Assembly: GCA_965112735.1 (NCBI GenBank)
Contig: OZ218957.1
Location: 434,001 to 498,000 of the forward strand
DNA length: 64,000 nt
Source: Phaeosaccion multiseriatum
Lineage: Eukaryota > Protista > Ochrophyta, other classes
Direction of reading: 5' to 3'
The notes under the pieces were generated by a model. That model was given only the letters and a program-made list of their open reading frames with translations. It ran no database searches and had not been told where the DNA came from. Shown piece by piece: positions 49,489 through 62,099 of this stretch. Position 1 is the first letter of the stretch. Every line of letters starts with the position of its first letter. Position numbers and translations under genes: made by a program.

Positions 49489-52409
49489 CTGTTCCTGGTT
49501 GTTTCTGCTGCTCGCGCTGTTGGCGCCTTTCTTTCTTGCCCCGTTGCTGACGGTAACAGATGGAAGAAGAGCAACACGGAGAAAGGCGGGAAACAAAAAA
49601 GTCAGACGGGGGGGGGGGGGATCCAAATCCCTAAAGAAAGGCACGCAACAGCAACAGCCAAAAGTCGCCATCGACATGGCAACAACACGAACAAAAGGGG
49701 CGTTTCCTTTCCTTTCTTGTGTCTCTGTCCTCACTCGACCCCTCCCTCACGCCTCTCTCGTCTCCCCTCCCTTTCCCTTCCCTCGTGCCCCCGCTCACCT
49801 CCTCGCTGACGGCACCGGAGAAGCTGCTCATGTCCCTCAGGTCCTCAAACACCGCGCAAGAGGCGTCCATACGCACAAACCCACCAATGAACATCGCTGC
49901 TGCCCCACCCGCCCTGCTTGTGGCCCAGACCCCGGTCCCGCCTTCTCCTCCTTCTCTTCCCGCTGCCGCTGCTGCTCCTGCTGCTGCTGCTGTCCCTAAG
50001 GTGCCACCCACCCTCCCTCCCTCTATATCCGGCGTGGACCAGCCTGCCCACAGCAGCGGCGGAGAGCCTTGCGGCCCTTCTCCTCCGTTCAAGGCCGTGG
50101 CAGAATAAGCGCCGCCGTTGACTTCCCGATCCCTCTCCTGCCGCCCGCCACTCTCCCCCGCGCCCTCTTCTCCTTCTTCTTGCTCTACGTCTACATGGCC
50201 TTGTTCGCCTCCCTTCCCTCTCCACGCTACCCCTCTAACAACCCCTTCCCCCCCAACCTCTTGTATTGCTGCTGCCCGTGCAGTCTCCCTCGCCCGTCTC
50301 TCCTCCTCCTCCTGCTGCTGCTGCTGCCGCCGCTGCTCCTGGTGCTGCTTCACCCCCGTATGTAAAGCAACCATCATCCTATTGTAAAGGTTCGCGTCTG
50401 GCTCGAGGACCATGACATGGGTGGAAAAGGTCGGTCCTACCGCAACCCCTTGCCCATCTCCCGCCACCCCACTGCCGCCACCACTCATCTGCTCCACGCC
50501 TTGAAGCAGCAGCGGCGTCTGTTGGTCACCCTCTGCCCCTCCTCCTCCTCCTCCTCCTCCTCCGACCCCGGTATCCCCAGCTCCCCGGAGCACGAGTGAA
50601 AGCGCGGCGGCCTCACTCCCCTCCTCCTTCCTCTCCTCCCTACCCCCAACCCCATCCCTCTCCCTCTTTTGCTGCTGCTGCTCCCTCCCTGCCGCGCTTT
50701 CAACCCAAAGGTTGTCCTCCAGGGCCCGCCGATGCCCCCGCGTGTGCTTCCCGTCAGCAGCGCTTCCCAAGTCTCCTTTCCCCTCTCGTGGTGGCCCATC
50801 GCCACCGTTTCGCCCCTCTCGTAAGGGAACTGCGCAGAACCCCTCACAGGCAAAAAGCGCGTCAGGGTTCTTCTGCACCAGTGTTCTGGGGTGGAGATAG
50901 ACGAGCCGATCGTACATGTCCATCTGCCACAGATAGGTCATCAGCAGCACCTCTTGTGGGGGGAGAAACCCGTCAGAGCCATCTGTCGAGAGTGAGAGCA
51001 GAAGGGATGAGGGCGGAGGAGGGGGAGGAGGACGAGGACGACGAGGAGGAGGAGGAGGAGGGTTACTCACCCCTAGTTTATAGATACAGAGACACCAACT
51101 TACAAAACAGAGTATCGCTTTTGATAGTTGAATGTATGCATAGCTCCTCTGTTTGCTACCTACCCTCCTCGTCAACCGATCAGTCACTCACTCCACTCAC
51201 CCTGCTCGGTATCAAACACGTCCGCGCCGGTCGGCACCGTTAGCACCACCAAGCCGTCCTACATATTTGGTTCGGTATTGTGATGGGGTGGGGGGGAAGA
51301 TAAAGCGAGAAACAAGACAGGGGTCATCAGGGCCTGTTTTGCCCTCTTACTCCAATCCGTGATCGCCAAAAGGCAGGGGCAGGGCAGGCAAACCATCAAG
51401 CCACCAACAAAGTGAAGTGACTCAGTTTCTTCACGGGTGGATGGATGGATCGCACGCACCTGTCGCAGTGTCTCCCTCGCGGCCTCTGCTCGGGCGGAGT
51501 CTCCCACGTCGCTCGGGAGTAGCACCACCAAGTCCGCCTATTATAGGGAGGCGGGAGGGACACACAGGGAGGGAGGACAGGAGCAATGAAATAGACACGC
51601 ATAAAGTGAGTAGAGTTGTTCGATCCTTCCTCACCATCTCTTTGGGTGGGGCAGTAAGGTAAGGGGCGGAGGCTCATCACGAAGAGCATACGATAGCTTC
51701 GACCCGACGACACCAGAGCAGCGAGGGTTAGGAGGACTCGAATCGCGCGCGCGCGCACACACACACACACACCCTGCCTTACCTTAACGCCCGCCGCCCG
51801 CAAGGACTGCGCCAACACCCTCGGTCCCAGCAGGTGCTCAGCCTCAGTGCCGTCCCCGCCATCCCCCGCCGCGGAGGAGGGCAGACTAGTCACGTAGGCC
51901 CTGCGCGATACCTCGGGCACGCAGAGGCGAGGAGGTCCCGCAAACTGCTGTTGGTCCGCCTGGTGCTGCTCCTCCCCCGACCCCTTCTCCGCCTCCGCCT
52001 TCCTCTCCTCGTCCTCTCGTTGTTGCTGTTGGTGCCTCTCTCGTGACTGCCTCTCTGCCTGCCGGCGGTGCCGCTGTCGCTGCTGCTTCCTCTGCCTTGC
52101 GTGTTCTACTTGCCAGGGTTGGAGCAGCTGGGGTTGTTGCTGTTGCAGCTGCCTTCCCTGGGTGTGCCCCGAGAGCCGCCTCCCCTTGTCTCCTGGTAGC
52201 CTTGACTCCTCCGCTTGCGCCTTCACCGGCTGCTGATACTGCTGCTGCTGCTGTTGCTGCTGCTGCTGTTCAGCCAGCGACGCCTCTATCGAGGGAGAGA
52301 GAGAGGCAGTGGCCAGCAGAGAGAGGGCCAAGGTCACGAGCCCTCGCTTGGACCTCGTCCTCGACCCGCCCCATCCGGGCAGGGGCCGTTTTCGGCCGGG
52401 ACCGGGCAT
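42363..52409 (-). CDS. Large GT8 (glycogenin/PGSIP-like) glycosyltransferase-domain membrane protein with degenerate DxD, multiple TM blocks and a beta-trefoil-like segment; ~15 exons
   Basis: N-terminal hydrophobic anchor. GT8 motifs RRAYVT, LLGPRVLAQSL, DLVVLL, LWQMDMYDRLVYL(HPR)TLVQKNPDALF, VMVLEPD, RRLPYTY, HIIHF, ..PWDSLSY..LFWRWNRYR. Downstream exons checked from ~47500 join in phase through GT-AG sites into ORF 42363-44669. Confidence 0.7.
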
Positions 52410-52868
52410 CGTTCCCCGGTCTCAGTGCCCGCCCAATTGGAGCAGTTACTAATCAAGCATGTCCTCCTCCGTCTTCTAGCACACTAGACGCTGGCCAGTG
52501 CTGCTTCTGTTGCTCCTGCCGTTCCTCCTTTACACCATCGTCGTAGTCCTCGTCATCCCTTTCCTCTCGCCTTTCTTGTTCGTCACTGTTTACGAAACAA
52601 ACGAGCAACGGGGTGGTGCGCCGTCAACGCAAGGGCCAAGGACAAGGAAGACCCCTCACAAGCAGCAGCCTCAACAGCCTTTCCCTCAACTCTCTCTCTC
52701 TCCTGCCTACCACGTACTGAGCGCTATTCAAAGGCTTCCCCGAAAAAAACAAGGATAATTCTTGGCCCCCCGGGAGATGGGGGATATGTCAACGAAACTG
52801 CTCCTCAAAACTCTCCCCCTTGAGCTCTCCTCTAATTAGCAGCTTTGTTAGACACTAAGGCTGGCAAG

Positions 52869-54070
52869 ATGCAGAACGCTCAGGACGAGGTGTTCTTCTC
52901 CTTCCTGGCCGAGTGGTATGACCCGTTGCCTCAACTAACGAAGCAGGTGAGAGACATGCTTTTGGCCCGAGAAGGCCATCACTCTTTTTGCAAAGACCTT
53001 TAAATTTCAGGGGGGAGAGAGAGGTTGCGGCTGCCTTGAGATAGATGGTGGCGCTATAGTCGTCGATGCTGGTATTATCGATGTAGACGATGGTGGTGGT
53101 GCGAAGTGCGCTCTTCATTCAGGAAACTGGCCTTCAGCTTTGGCAAACAAAGCACTCCACCTGGCGCCCGCCCTTTGCCATTTAACGGCCTTACGGTGGG
53201 ACTGCCTAATCTGCGAGACGGTTGTAGCCGTGGCCTCTGGGCATCTAGGATTTGCTGTGAATAGTGCAGGCGTGTAGACTCTCTCCTTTGTCAATACCTT
53301 GACCACAATCGAGTTGCAACCTAACGCTTTTTTTTCTGCTGCTTCAGCTGACCGACTACCACCACTGCTCCACCTCCCTCATGTCCTCGATGTCGGCCCC
53401 TCTCAGTACCTGCTCAAGTACTTCCAGAAGAGCAATGAGGTGGAGATGGTGGACCTAAAGTCCAGGCGCCTCTTCCTCAAACGCAGCCCCTGCCCAGGCC
53501 ACATGTCCCTACGCGACTTCCAAATTGACTCAAAGGTAAGAAGACAGAAGGGAAACAAGCGGCGTATTAACTATACGTTGTTGGGTAGGGGTATTTCGAC
53601 CCAGTGCAGCAGGGGGGGGGGGGGCTTGCTTGTGCGTGACACTGATAAATACATCCACATCTCAACCTTTTCCTTCCAACCTTTCCCGACCTCCCACCCC
53701 CGCCTTCCCCTTTCAACAACAGGTGCTGCTATACGGGAGAGACCTCACCATCGCTGGCTTCGGCGACGACCGCACCAAGGCCTCTTTCGAGGCCCGGGCA
53801 GCCCTCTCGTTGGTGCTGGTGGCACCTGACGCAGTGCCCCATGTGGGCAGGATACTCGACCATCTCGAGGCCGGTCCCACGGCCCTCGCCCTCCGAGGTT
53901 TGCGCATGTTCGCTCTGGATATGAACGAGGCCAGCGATGTGGCGCAGATTCTCAAGCTGGAGGGAGCGCAGGCGGGGAAGGTGCGATGTGCTTTGTTTTT
54001 ACACGAGTAACGTCGAGGTACTTTACTCTTCGTACCGAAGCAGTGGGCCATGGAGCGTTTGTGTACATGT

Positions 54071-54116
<46 letters not shown>

Positions 54117-54982
54117 TGTGTATGTGTGTGTGTGCGCGCGCGTGTGTGTTGTGTGCCCCTGACTCTGGCCCTGGCCCTGACCCTACTGCTTGCCCGGCCC
54201 CTACTGCTTGCGCGTTCCTCGTGTCTTCTGTCTTCCCTTGCGTGTTCACAGCTGGCGGAACAGCTTGCGGGCGGTAACATGGTGGCGGCCGCTTTGGTAG
54301 GGGAGGACGCCATTACAGCAGGTACCCTAGGCAAAGGGAAGCATCGTCTTAGGAGTGGGGAGTAGCAGTGGAGGGGTTGAGCAGGTAGCGGGGGTTGTCT
54401 CAGGAGGGATGGATGGCAGTGGATGGACAGGCAAAACCGTTTCTGTGGCCGACGTGTGACAGGTGCCTTGCGACGGAGCCCTCTCCCTCTCTCTCTCCCT
54501 CTCTTTTGCCACCTTTAGGGCTGTGCTGCCATGCTTTGACCCCATTCCAAGAGACTCTTTCGAGAACGAACAAGAAAAGTTTCGGCCCTTGCTTTCACCT
54601 CTCTCTCTCCCTCTCTCTCGTCACACGCAAACAACCCCCCCACCCCTCCCCTTCGCCCCTCATCCCTCACCCCACGCCCCTCACCTACCTCACCTCAACT
54701 CACGCTGCCTCACTCACCTCCCCTTTGTTTTGCACATCACATCCATGTGGTCATGGATTACCAACCCCTACACCAACCCGCAGTGCTAGCCATGGAGTCA
54801 GAGATGGTCAAGAGGTACGGACAGGGGCTGTGGTTCGCAAGGGACGAAGAGCAAGTCACCAAGTTGCAGGACTTCCTCTTTCAACAACCGCACGCGCCCA
54901 CGGCCACCTTGGACAATTGCACTTGCTGCATCATCAAGGTAAGAGAATTGAAGGCAGGGAGGGGAGGGGGACAAAAGAGAGG

Positions 54983-55013
<31 letters not shown>

Positions 55014-55556
55014 AAGGGAAGAAAGAAGAGGGAGAGGTCCTTTCGCGCCGTCCAAGTCTCAGATGGTAGGGGGGACACATACCGCATTGCACCACGCCCA
55101 CGCTCTTCCATCCACTGCCATCCTCTCCCCCCCTTTGCCCTCACACAGCCGCATGCGGTAAAGGAGAAGAACACGGGCGCAATAGTCCAGCACATTATGG
55201 ACGCTGGGTACCAGGTGTCAGCACTTCAAATGCTGCAATTCGACCGAGTCACCGCCACCGAGTTCATGGAAGTGTACAGAGGGGTGACGCCCGTATATGC
55301 CGAGTCAATAGAGCAGCTGACCACGGGGCAGAGCGTGGCCTTGGAGCTACGGGCAGAGAATGCGGTGAGCACCTTCCGCCAAACAGCAGGGCCGTGGGAT
55401 GTGGACATGGCCAAGGAGTTACGTCCTGACACTCTGAGAGGAAAGTTTGGGGTCAATTCAGTGCGCTCGGCCATTCACTGCACCGACTTGCCCGAGGACG
55501 GGGCGCGCGAGTGTGAGTACGTGTTCGATCTCATGGCGGGAGACACGGCGACATGA
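52869..55556 (+). CDS. NME7: Nucleoside diphosphate kinase 7 (DM10 domain + two NDK domains), axonemal/centrosomal
   Basis: FSFLAEWYDPLPQLTKQ|YLLKYF...VEMVDLKSRRLFLKR (DM10). TCCIIK|PHAV, EFMEVYRGV, FRQTAGPWDVDMAKELRPDTLRGKFG, AIHCTDLPEDG..ECEYVF. Confidence 0.93.
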
Positions 55557-55868
55557 CCCATGGGGGGGCGTGGTGAGAGAGGGGGGGGGAGGGGGAGGGG
55601 GGCGAAGTATTGAAGGATTGATTGATTGAGTGATTGATTGATTGAATATTAAACGACACGCCCTCCCTTCTGGAGGGGGGGGGGAGGAGCTTGTAAAATT
55701 GGTGCCATGACATTACGTTATAGTCCCAGTGCTACTACGTATATAAACAATTCTAACTATACATATAAAGGCCAGCAAAACCATGATTCGCAGCCTTGGG
55801 TCCTCCCTTCTACGCGGTACAAAATTAGTAGCACGCCCTTCCTCCTCGCTCTATTCCTTGGTCTCGAC

Positions 55869-57588
55869 CTAGTCCTCCTTCTTCCCCTGCTTTCCCACCC
55901 ACTCGGCGAACATCTTCACCCCGTACCCTGTGGCTCCACTCTTATCGTTCCACACTGGACCGGCAAGATCGACATGCATCCAAGGGGTCTTGTCCGTTAC
56001 AAACTCCTGCAAGAAGAGCGCGGCGGTGATGGAGCCGCCGTACCTCGAGCCGCAGTTCTTGTAATCGGCAATCATGCTCTTGAGCTCCTCCTTGTACTCC
56101 TTCGCCAGGGGCATGCTCCAAATCTTTTCCCCTGTCCGGGTGGCCGCTGTCTGCATGTCCCCTGAAAGCCCCTCGTTGGCGCTGTACACAGCCGCGTACT
56201 GCTTGCCCAGTGCCACGAGGCAGGCCCCCGTCAGCGTGGCACAGTCCACAATCGCGTCCACCTCGAGTTTCTCGGCGTAGATGAGCGCGTCGGCGAGGGT
56301 GAGGCGTCCCTCGGCGTCGGTGTTGATAATCTCAATGGTCTTGCCATTGGAGGCCGTGAGGACGTCTCCCGGACGCATGGCCTTGTCGCTCACCATGTTC
56401 TCACACGCTGCGATGATGAAGTGCGCCTCTACCCCGGGGGGCGCCGCGGCGGCCACAGCCTTGGCTGTCCCCAGCACAGCGCCTGCCCCGCCCATGTCGA
56501 ATTTCATAAGCTCTATCATACTGCCGGCCCCTGCCTTGATATTGTAACCGCCCGAGTCGAACGTAACGCCCTTGCCAACCAGGGCAACCTTCTTGTTCGC
56601 TTCCCCTCCTGCTGGTGGCTTGTACGTGAGATGGATGAATTCAGGTGGGACCACTCCTCCCTGCGCCACACCAAGGTAGGCTCCCATCCCGAGCTCTCTG
56701 CACTCCGCTTCGCTGAGGATGGTTACCTCCAGACACTCGTACTCCTCTGCCAGCTTACGGGCAGTGTCGGCCAGGGTAGCTGGGGTCAGGAAGTTGGGCG
56801 GGGCGTTGACCAGGTCCTTGCACAGCGCCACACCATCCGACGCACACCTTGCCGCGTCGACAATGCCCTTCACGCGCCCGTCTACGATGCCCTCGACGTT
56901 GAGCAGATCTAGCTTCTCTAATTGTACGTCAGGTTTGTCGTCTCCCTTGTAGCGAACATCCTTGTACAGCGCATCCATAAACTCTTGCACGCAGGCCGAG
57001 AGGTCGTTCTCCGAGATGCCGTCCGGCAGCACGACGCCCATGGTCTTGGCCTTTGTGGTGCCCGCCAAGGCCGCCAGCTGCTTGCCCAGGGACGTTGCGG
57101 CCTCAGCCGATCCAGCCTTGTCCTTCTCGCCACTCTCCTTGCCCAAGCCCACTACCGCCAGGCGACGAGCACTTTTGGAACTCGGGGTCAAGGTGTTGAC
57201 GCTGCTGCCCGCCGCGCCCTTGAAGTCGTCCATCTTTATGAGGGAGAGCGTCAGTAGCTCCTCGTCGTCGACGCTGCTCTTGGCGGAGTCGCTTAGCACC
57301 GCTCCAGCCTCTATGTCCTTGTCCTTGTCGGCTTCTTGTTGGAAGGCCGTGACCACCATCAGGTCTCCCGTCCACGACTCTTTCTTGGACACACCGATGC
57401 TTGCCTTGTTGCTGGGCGTGTAGGTGAGCTCCCCGAAGCCGAGGTGGGGCACAGGTTTTGGCACATGATCGCCGCCGCTCGCCGCCGCCTTGGTGACAGT
57501 GCGGCTGAGCGCTCGCCGTGCCCCAAAGGACGGGAACCCCGCGCCAACCAAGAACGCCCTACCCTACTCGTGAGATGTGGAGGAAGAG

Positions 57589-57619
<31 letters not shown>

Positions 57620-57784
57620 GAGGAGAAAAAGTGAGACAGTGCAACATGAGTGCAGAAAGTGTAGAAAGGAGAGAGAAAGAAGATATTGCAGCAGAAAACG
57701 AGAGCGGTCCTGCCCCCCTCCTATGGTATCCCCCCTCACCTTGAGAGGCGCCGAGAGCAGAAACAGCATCGAAGAAGCCCTCAT
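55869..57784 (-). CDS. LAP: Leucyl aminopeptidase, M17 family, predicted plastid-targeted; 2 exons
   Basis: VGKGVTFDSGGYNIK, MKFDMGGAG, NTDAEGRLTLADAL, ATLTGA, GGSITAALFL, WMHVDLAG. Exon1 MRASSMLFLLSAPLK|GRAF-LVG.. looks like a signal peptide with an ASAFAP-type cleavage site followed by a transit peptide. Confidence 0.95.
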
Positions 57785-57951
57785 TTCGCTAATGAGGGAG
57801 GGGCGGAGGGGAAGGGAAAGGGAATGACGGAGGGGAAACCTGCATTTGAATGGATGGAATCCTATCGATCAGCAACTTTAGCTGTTCGCTCACGTCTTGT
57901 GTCGCTATGCATGTGGGAAGAGGCAAGAGATCGGGGAGCGGGGCGTCGCCC
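57785..57951. promoter_or_regulatory. Putative bidirectional promoter between LAP (-) and Ca2+-ATPase (+)
   Basis: Divergent predicted start codons only ~167 bp apart. Confidence 0.45.
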
Positions 57952-60900
57952 ATGACGAAGCAGACCTCCGTGTTGGCTCGGAGGGGCGAGCAAAGTTTCG
58001 GAATATCGGCCAGGTACGGCGGACGGAGGGTCGGGAGGAAGCCGTCTCACTGGTCGTGGTGTTGGGAGGAAGGAGGAGGAAAGCGAGGAGGACAAGGCCG
58101 AGGAGAGCATGAGGGGGGAAAGGCGGCGGCAGAGAGGAAGGCGCGCAGGGTCTTGCCCTCCGCTTCTGCTCCATTCGTCTCCCTCCCTTCTGCCTCTCTC
58201 TTGCCGACGGAATGACGAGCGAGGGAAGGTTGAAAGGGGGTGCAACGTACATACCCCCCGCTTTCGGCCCTCCTCGCTCTGTCATCCCACCCATCTCCAT
58301 CTCTCTACGCCTCCCTCTCTCAACGCCTGTGCTCGAACTGCTCATTGGCCTCTTGGGCCTGCTGCACATGCATACGTGGCATGGCGGCCACACCCTACAA
58401 GCAATGCCCCGACCCATCCCCCCGCTCATGATCACGCAATTACATGTTTTCCTGTATGTGCCACCATTTCACATCATCAGACACGTACGCACTACTGCAT
58501 GCGACGTCTGATGCACTCTTCTCCCTCATCACACTCTCTCCCCGTCTCAATTCCTCCCTCTTCCGCACTCCCCACCTCCGCCACCTACCATATCCACACA
58601 CCTTTTTGTACCCCTTCCCCACCCCTCTCTCTCGTCTCTGTCAGGGACCTCCTCACAATCAACGAGGATGGGCTGTCGGCCGACAATCTCCGCTGCCTGA
58701 GAGAGTTCGGGGGAGTGGCTGAAGTGGCCGACCTCTTGGATACAGATCTCAGCAAAGGTCTACCCAAGGATGACAACACAGAGGTGAGGGAGGGAGGGAG
58801 GGAAGGACGGAGGAACGAAGGAAAATGATGCTTCATGCCCCCCCCCCCCGTGTGTGTGCCTTCGGGAAGTGTATCCCCCCCCTCGACACTCGTGTCTCTC
58901 GCACCACCGGATGGTCAGCTTTTACTTTGCGGACGTGCTTAAGTAGTACGTAGGGACAGCTGTAATCACAAATCGCCTTCTTCTCCTTGCCCTCTCTCGT
59001 TTGCATCGTCTTCATTCACGTCCTCCCTCACCCACTCGATCCCTCCCTCCCTCCTTACTTAACCCCCGCTACCATAATCACATGCACATTCACCCACCAC
59101 ACCACACCACACCGCAGCAACGCACCAAGGAGTTCGGCTCAAACTTCATGCCCACTCCGGACCCCCTGACCTGGTGGTCGCTCTTCGTCGCGGCTTTCGA
59201 TGACGCCACAGGTGCTCTTGCGTCTTGCGGCATTGACAACGTCTTCTTCATCTCTCCCACTCTATACAAAGCCCTACCCACCCTTGCCTTTCTCTCTTCT
59301 CTCATTGCCCATCTTGCGTACCTGCTCCCCCTCCTCCTCATCCACCTCCTTCGTTGTCGTCGCCAGTGATCATCCTCATTGTGAGCGCATTCGTGTCCCT
59401 CGCGGTGGGGTTTTATGGAGATCCGGCCAAGGTGGGTGTGATGCGACAAGGGCACAAGTGGGGCTGCGGCAGGGCAGGCATGCCTTTCGTGGTGTGTTAT
59501 GAAGGTCAACAGAGAGCAGAGCAGGCATGCATTGCGTGTGTCATTGAGGCCCATGAAGCGAGGTCGCAGAAGGAGAGCGTGGAGACAGAGAGAAGAGAGA
59601 GAGAGAGAGACAGAGAAGAGGGAGAGATGCAAAGAGACGGAGAGAAGAGAGAGAGAGGAGCAGGAGGAGGAGGAGGAGGAGGAGAGGGACAGGCGAGATG
59701 GGAGGGGGGGTTGGGGAGGACCCCAATCGCGAGGAGGAGCACTTCCCCCGCATTCCAACCTAAGCCTGTCTTTCGCATGTGAATTGAAATCGAATCTTGG
59801 ATTCCCCCCTTGCCCTCTTGCCCTTGCATGTGTGTGTGCGTTCGTGCGTGTGTGTGCGTGCGTGTGTCTATCTCTCTCTCTCTCTCTCTCGCTGTGTGTG
59901 TGTGTGTGTGTGCGTGCGTGTTGGCAGGGCTGGATCGAGGGGGCGGCCATCTTAGTGGCGGTGCTCGTGGTGGCGGTGGTGACGGCCACCAACGACTACT
60001 CCAAGGACCAGCAGTTTAGAGCCCTCAATGAAGTGAGGGACAACATTCTCGTCAAGGTCATTCGTGCCGGCAACCACGCCGAAGTGTCAACACGCGAACT
60101 TACAGTTGGCGATCTGGTGCTGCTGGAGTGTGGGGACAAGATCCCCTGCGACGGTGTGCTTGTGCGAGGCTCAGATGTGAGAGTGGATGAGTCCTCGCTC
60201 ACAGGGGAGGCGGAGGAGGTTCGAAAGGTCCCGAGTGAGCAGAGCGACGGAGCCCCCATCGACAGCAATGGAGGAGGGGGAGGAGATCCCTTCTTGCTGT
60301 CCGGGTGTGTGCTCACGGCCGGGCATTGCAGCATGATGGCGATAGCGGTAGGTGCAGAGAGCCGTTGGGGGCGCATAAAGGCCAAGCTCTCGGACGACCC
60401 TTCAGACACTCCTTTACAGGAGAAGCTTGACTCCCTGGCTGGGCTGATTGGCTACGTGGGTATGGGGGCAGCGGCGGCGACGTTCTGTGCCACCATGGCC
60501 ATCCATTTGATGGACCCAGAGAGGGTGATTGATAGCGAGCACTTGGGAGAGAAGGTGGACACTCTGTTCGAGCATGTGTTGCACGCTTTTATCATCGCGG
60601 TCACGATTGTGGTGGTGGCGGTGCCGGAGGGGCTTCCCCTGGCGGTGACCATTTCACTCGCCTACTCGACAAAGAAGATGCTAAAGGGTGAGTGAGGGAG
60701 TGAGTTGAGTGAATGAGTGAGTGCGTGAAGTGAGTGAGTGAGTGAAGTATGTGAGCGAGGGAGTGAGGGAGAGAAGTGAGTCTGTTGACGTGAGTCAGTT
60801 GACGTGATTGAGGGAAGTGAGTGAAGTGCGCGAGTGAGTCAGTGAGTGAGTGCGTGGGGCGTGGGGAAGAGGAGATGGACAAGGGGAAGGGGAGATGGAC

Positions 60901-62060
60901 TGCGACCTGACCCCGGCAGCAGCAGCGAGGAAGGGAGGAGGGGAGAGAGGTCAAAGGGAGGGAAGAGGAGGGTAGGCTGCCATCCTGAGGGAAGACGAGG
61001 GAATAGACTGTTTCTTCCACTCCCTCTTTGTGGGAGCAGCAGCGACAACAGGAGGGACACCGGTAAAGAGGAGGAAAGAGGCCGTTCTCTGTTACATGCC
61101 TCTCTCTTTGTCCTCGCATGCCTCTCTCTTTCTCTCTCGCTTTCTTTCTCTCTCACTTCTCTCTCTCTTTCTCTCTCTCGCTTTCTTTCTCTCCCTCTCC
61201 CTCGCTTTCTTTCTCTCTCTCTCCCTATCTCCCTCCTCTCTCGCCCGCTCGCTCTATCTCTCTCCACCCTCTGTCCTCGCGTGCCCTTTGTTTGCGGTCT
61301 TTTGTGTGGCGCAGACAACAATCTCATTCGTGTGTTGGCGGCGTGTGAAACGATGGGCAATGCGACCAACATCTGCTCGGACAAGACGGGCACGCTGACT
61401 GAGAACCGAATGACGGTAGTGACCGGCTGGTTTGCGGGGAGGAAGGGGGATGCGGATGGCATCCCGAGGTGAGGAGGAAAGAGAGATAGATGGAGAAGGA
61501 ATAGAGAGGGTGGAGGAGAGGAAGAGATAGGAGGGGAAGGGAAGGAGGGAGTTTATAGACTCATAGGAATCAACCTAATATTTACGTATGAGGGAAAGGG
61601 GGGCGAGATGGGAGAAGGAAGACAGAGAGGGAGGGGCAGAGAAGGAAGAGACACGAGGGAGACACAAACAGAGGTGGCGAGGAGGATAGTAGGCAGCAGC
61701 ACCCTTGATTCACAGAATGGCAGAGTGCGAGGGAGGAAGTGCAGAGAGAGGGGTATCTTGCTTTTCCCCTTTCCACACAGCAACGCACTCAAGCTCAAAT
61801 TCTGTTAGCACTGACACTCAAACTCTCTTTCCCTCTCTCTCTGTGCTCTTTTGTACGGCATGACAGACTGAGCGGCTCTGTGATGAATCACATCGCAACG
61901 GGAGTCGCTGTCAACACCACGGCCCGCCTTCGGACCGACGAGGATGGTGAGAAAAGGCCCCCTTATCCTCTTTCTCTTACGTGTGGATACTTAGCACAGG
62001 ACCCTTGTTTGAAGGAGATGGGGTGAGGGCGTCGATCTTCCCCTTGTCACAGCCCGCGTG

Positions 62061-62099
<39 letters not shown>

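Noticed and set aside
52950-53310. Reverse-transcriptase remnant in NME7 intron 1 (antisense 'VYIDNTSIDD')
   Set aside because: Only a weak YxDD-like resemblance in short ORFs, with no other RT motifs.
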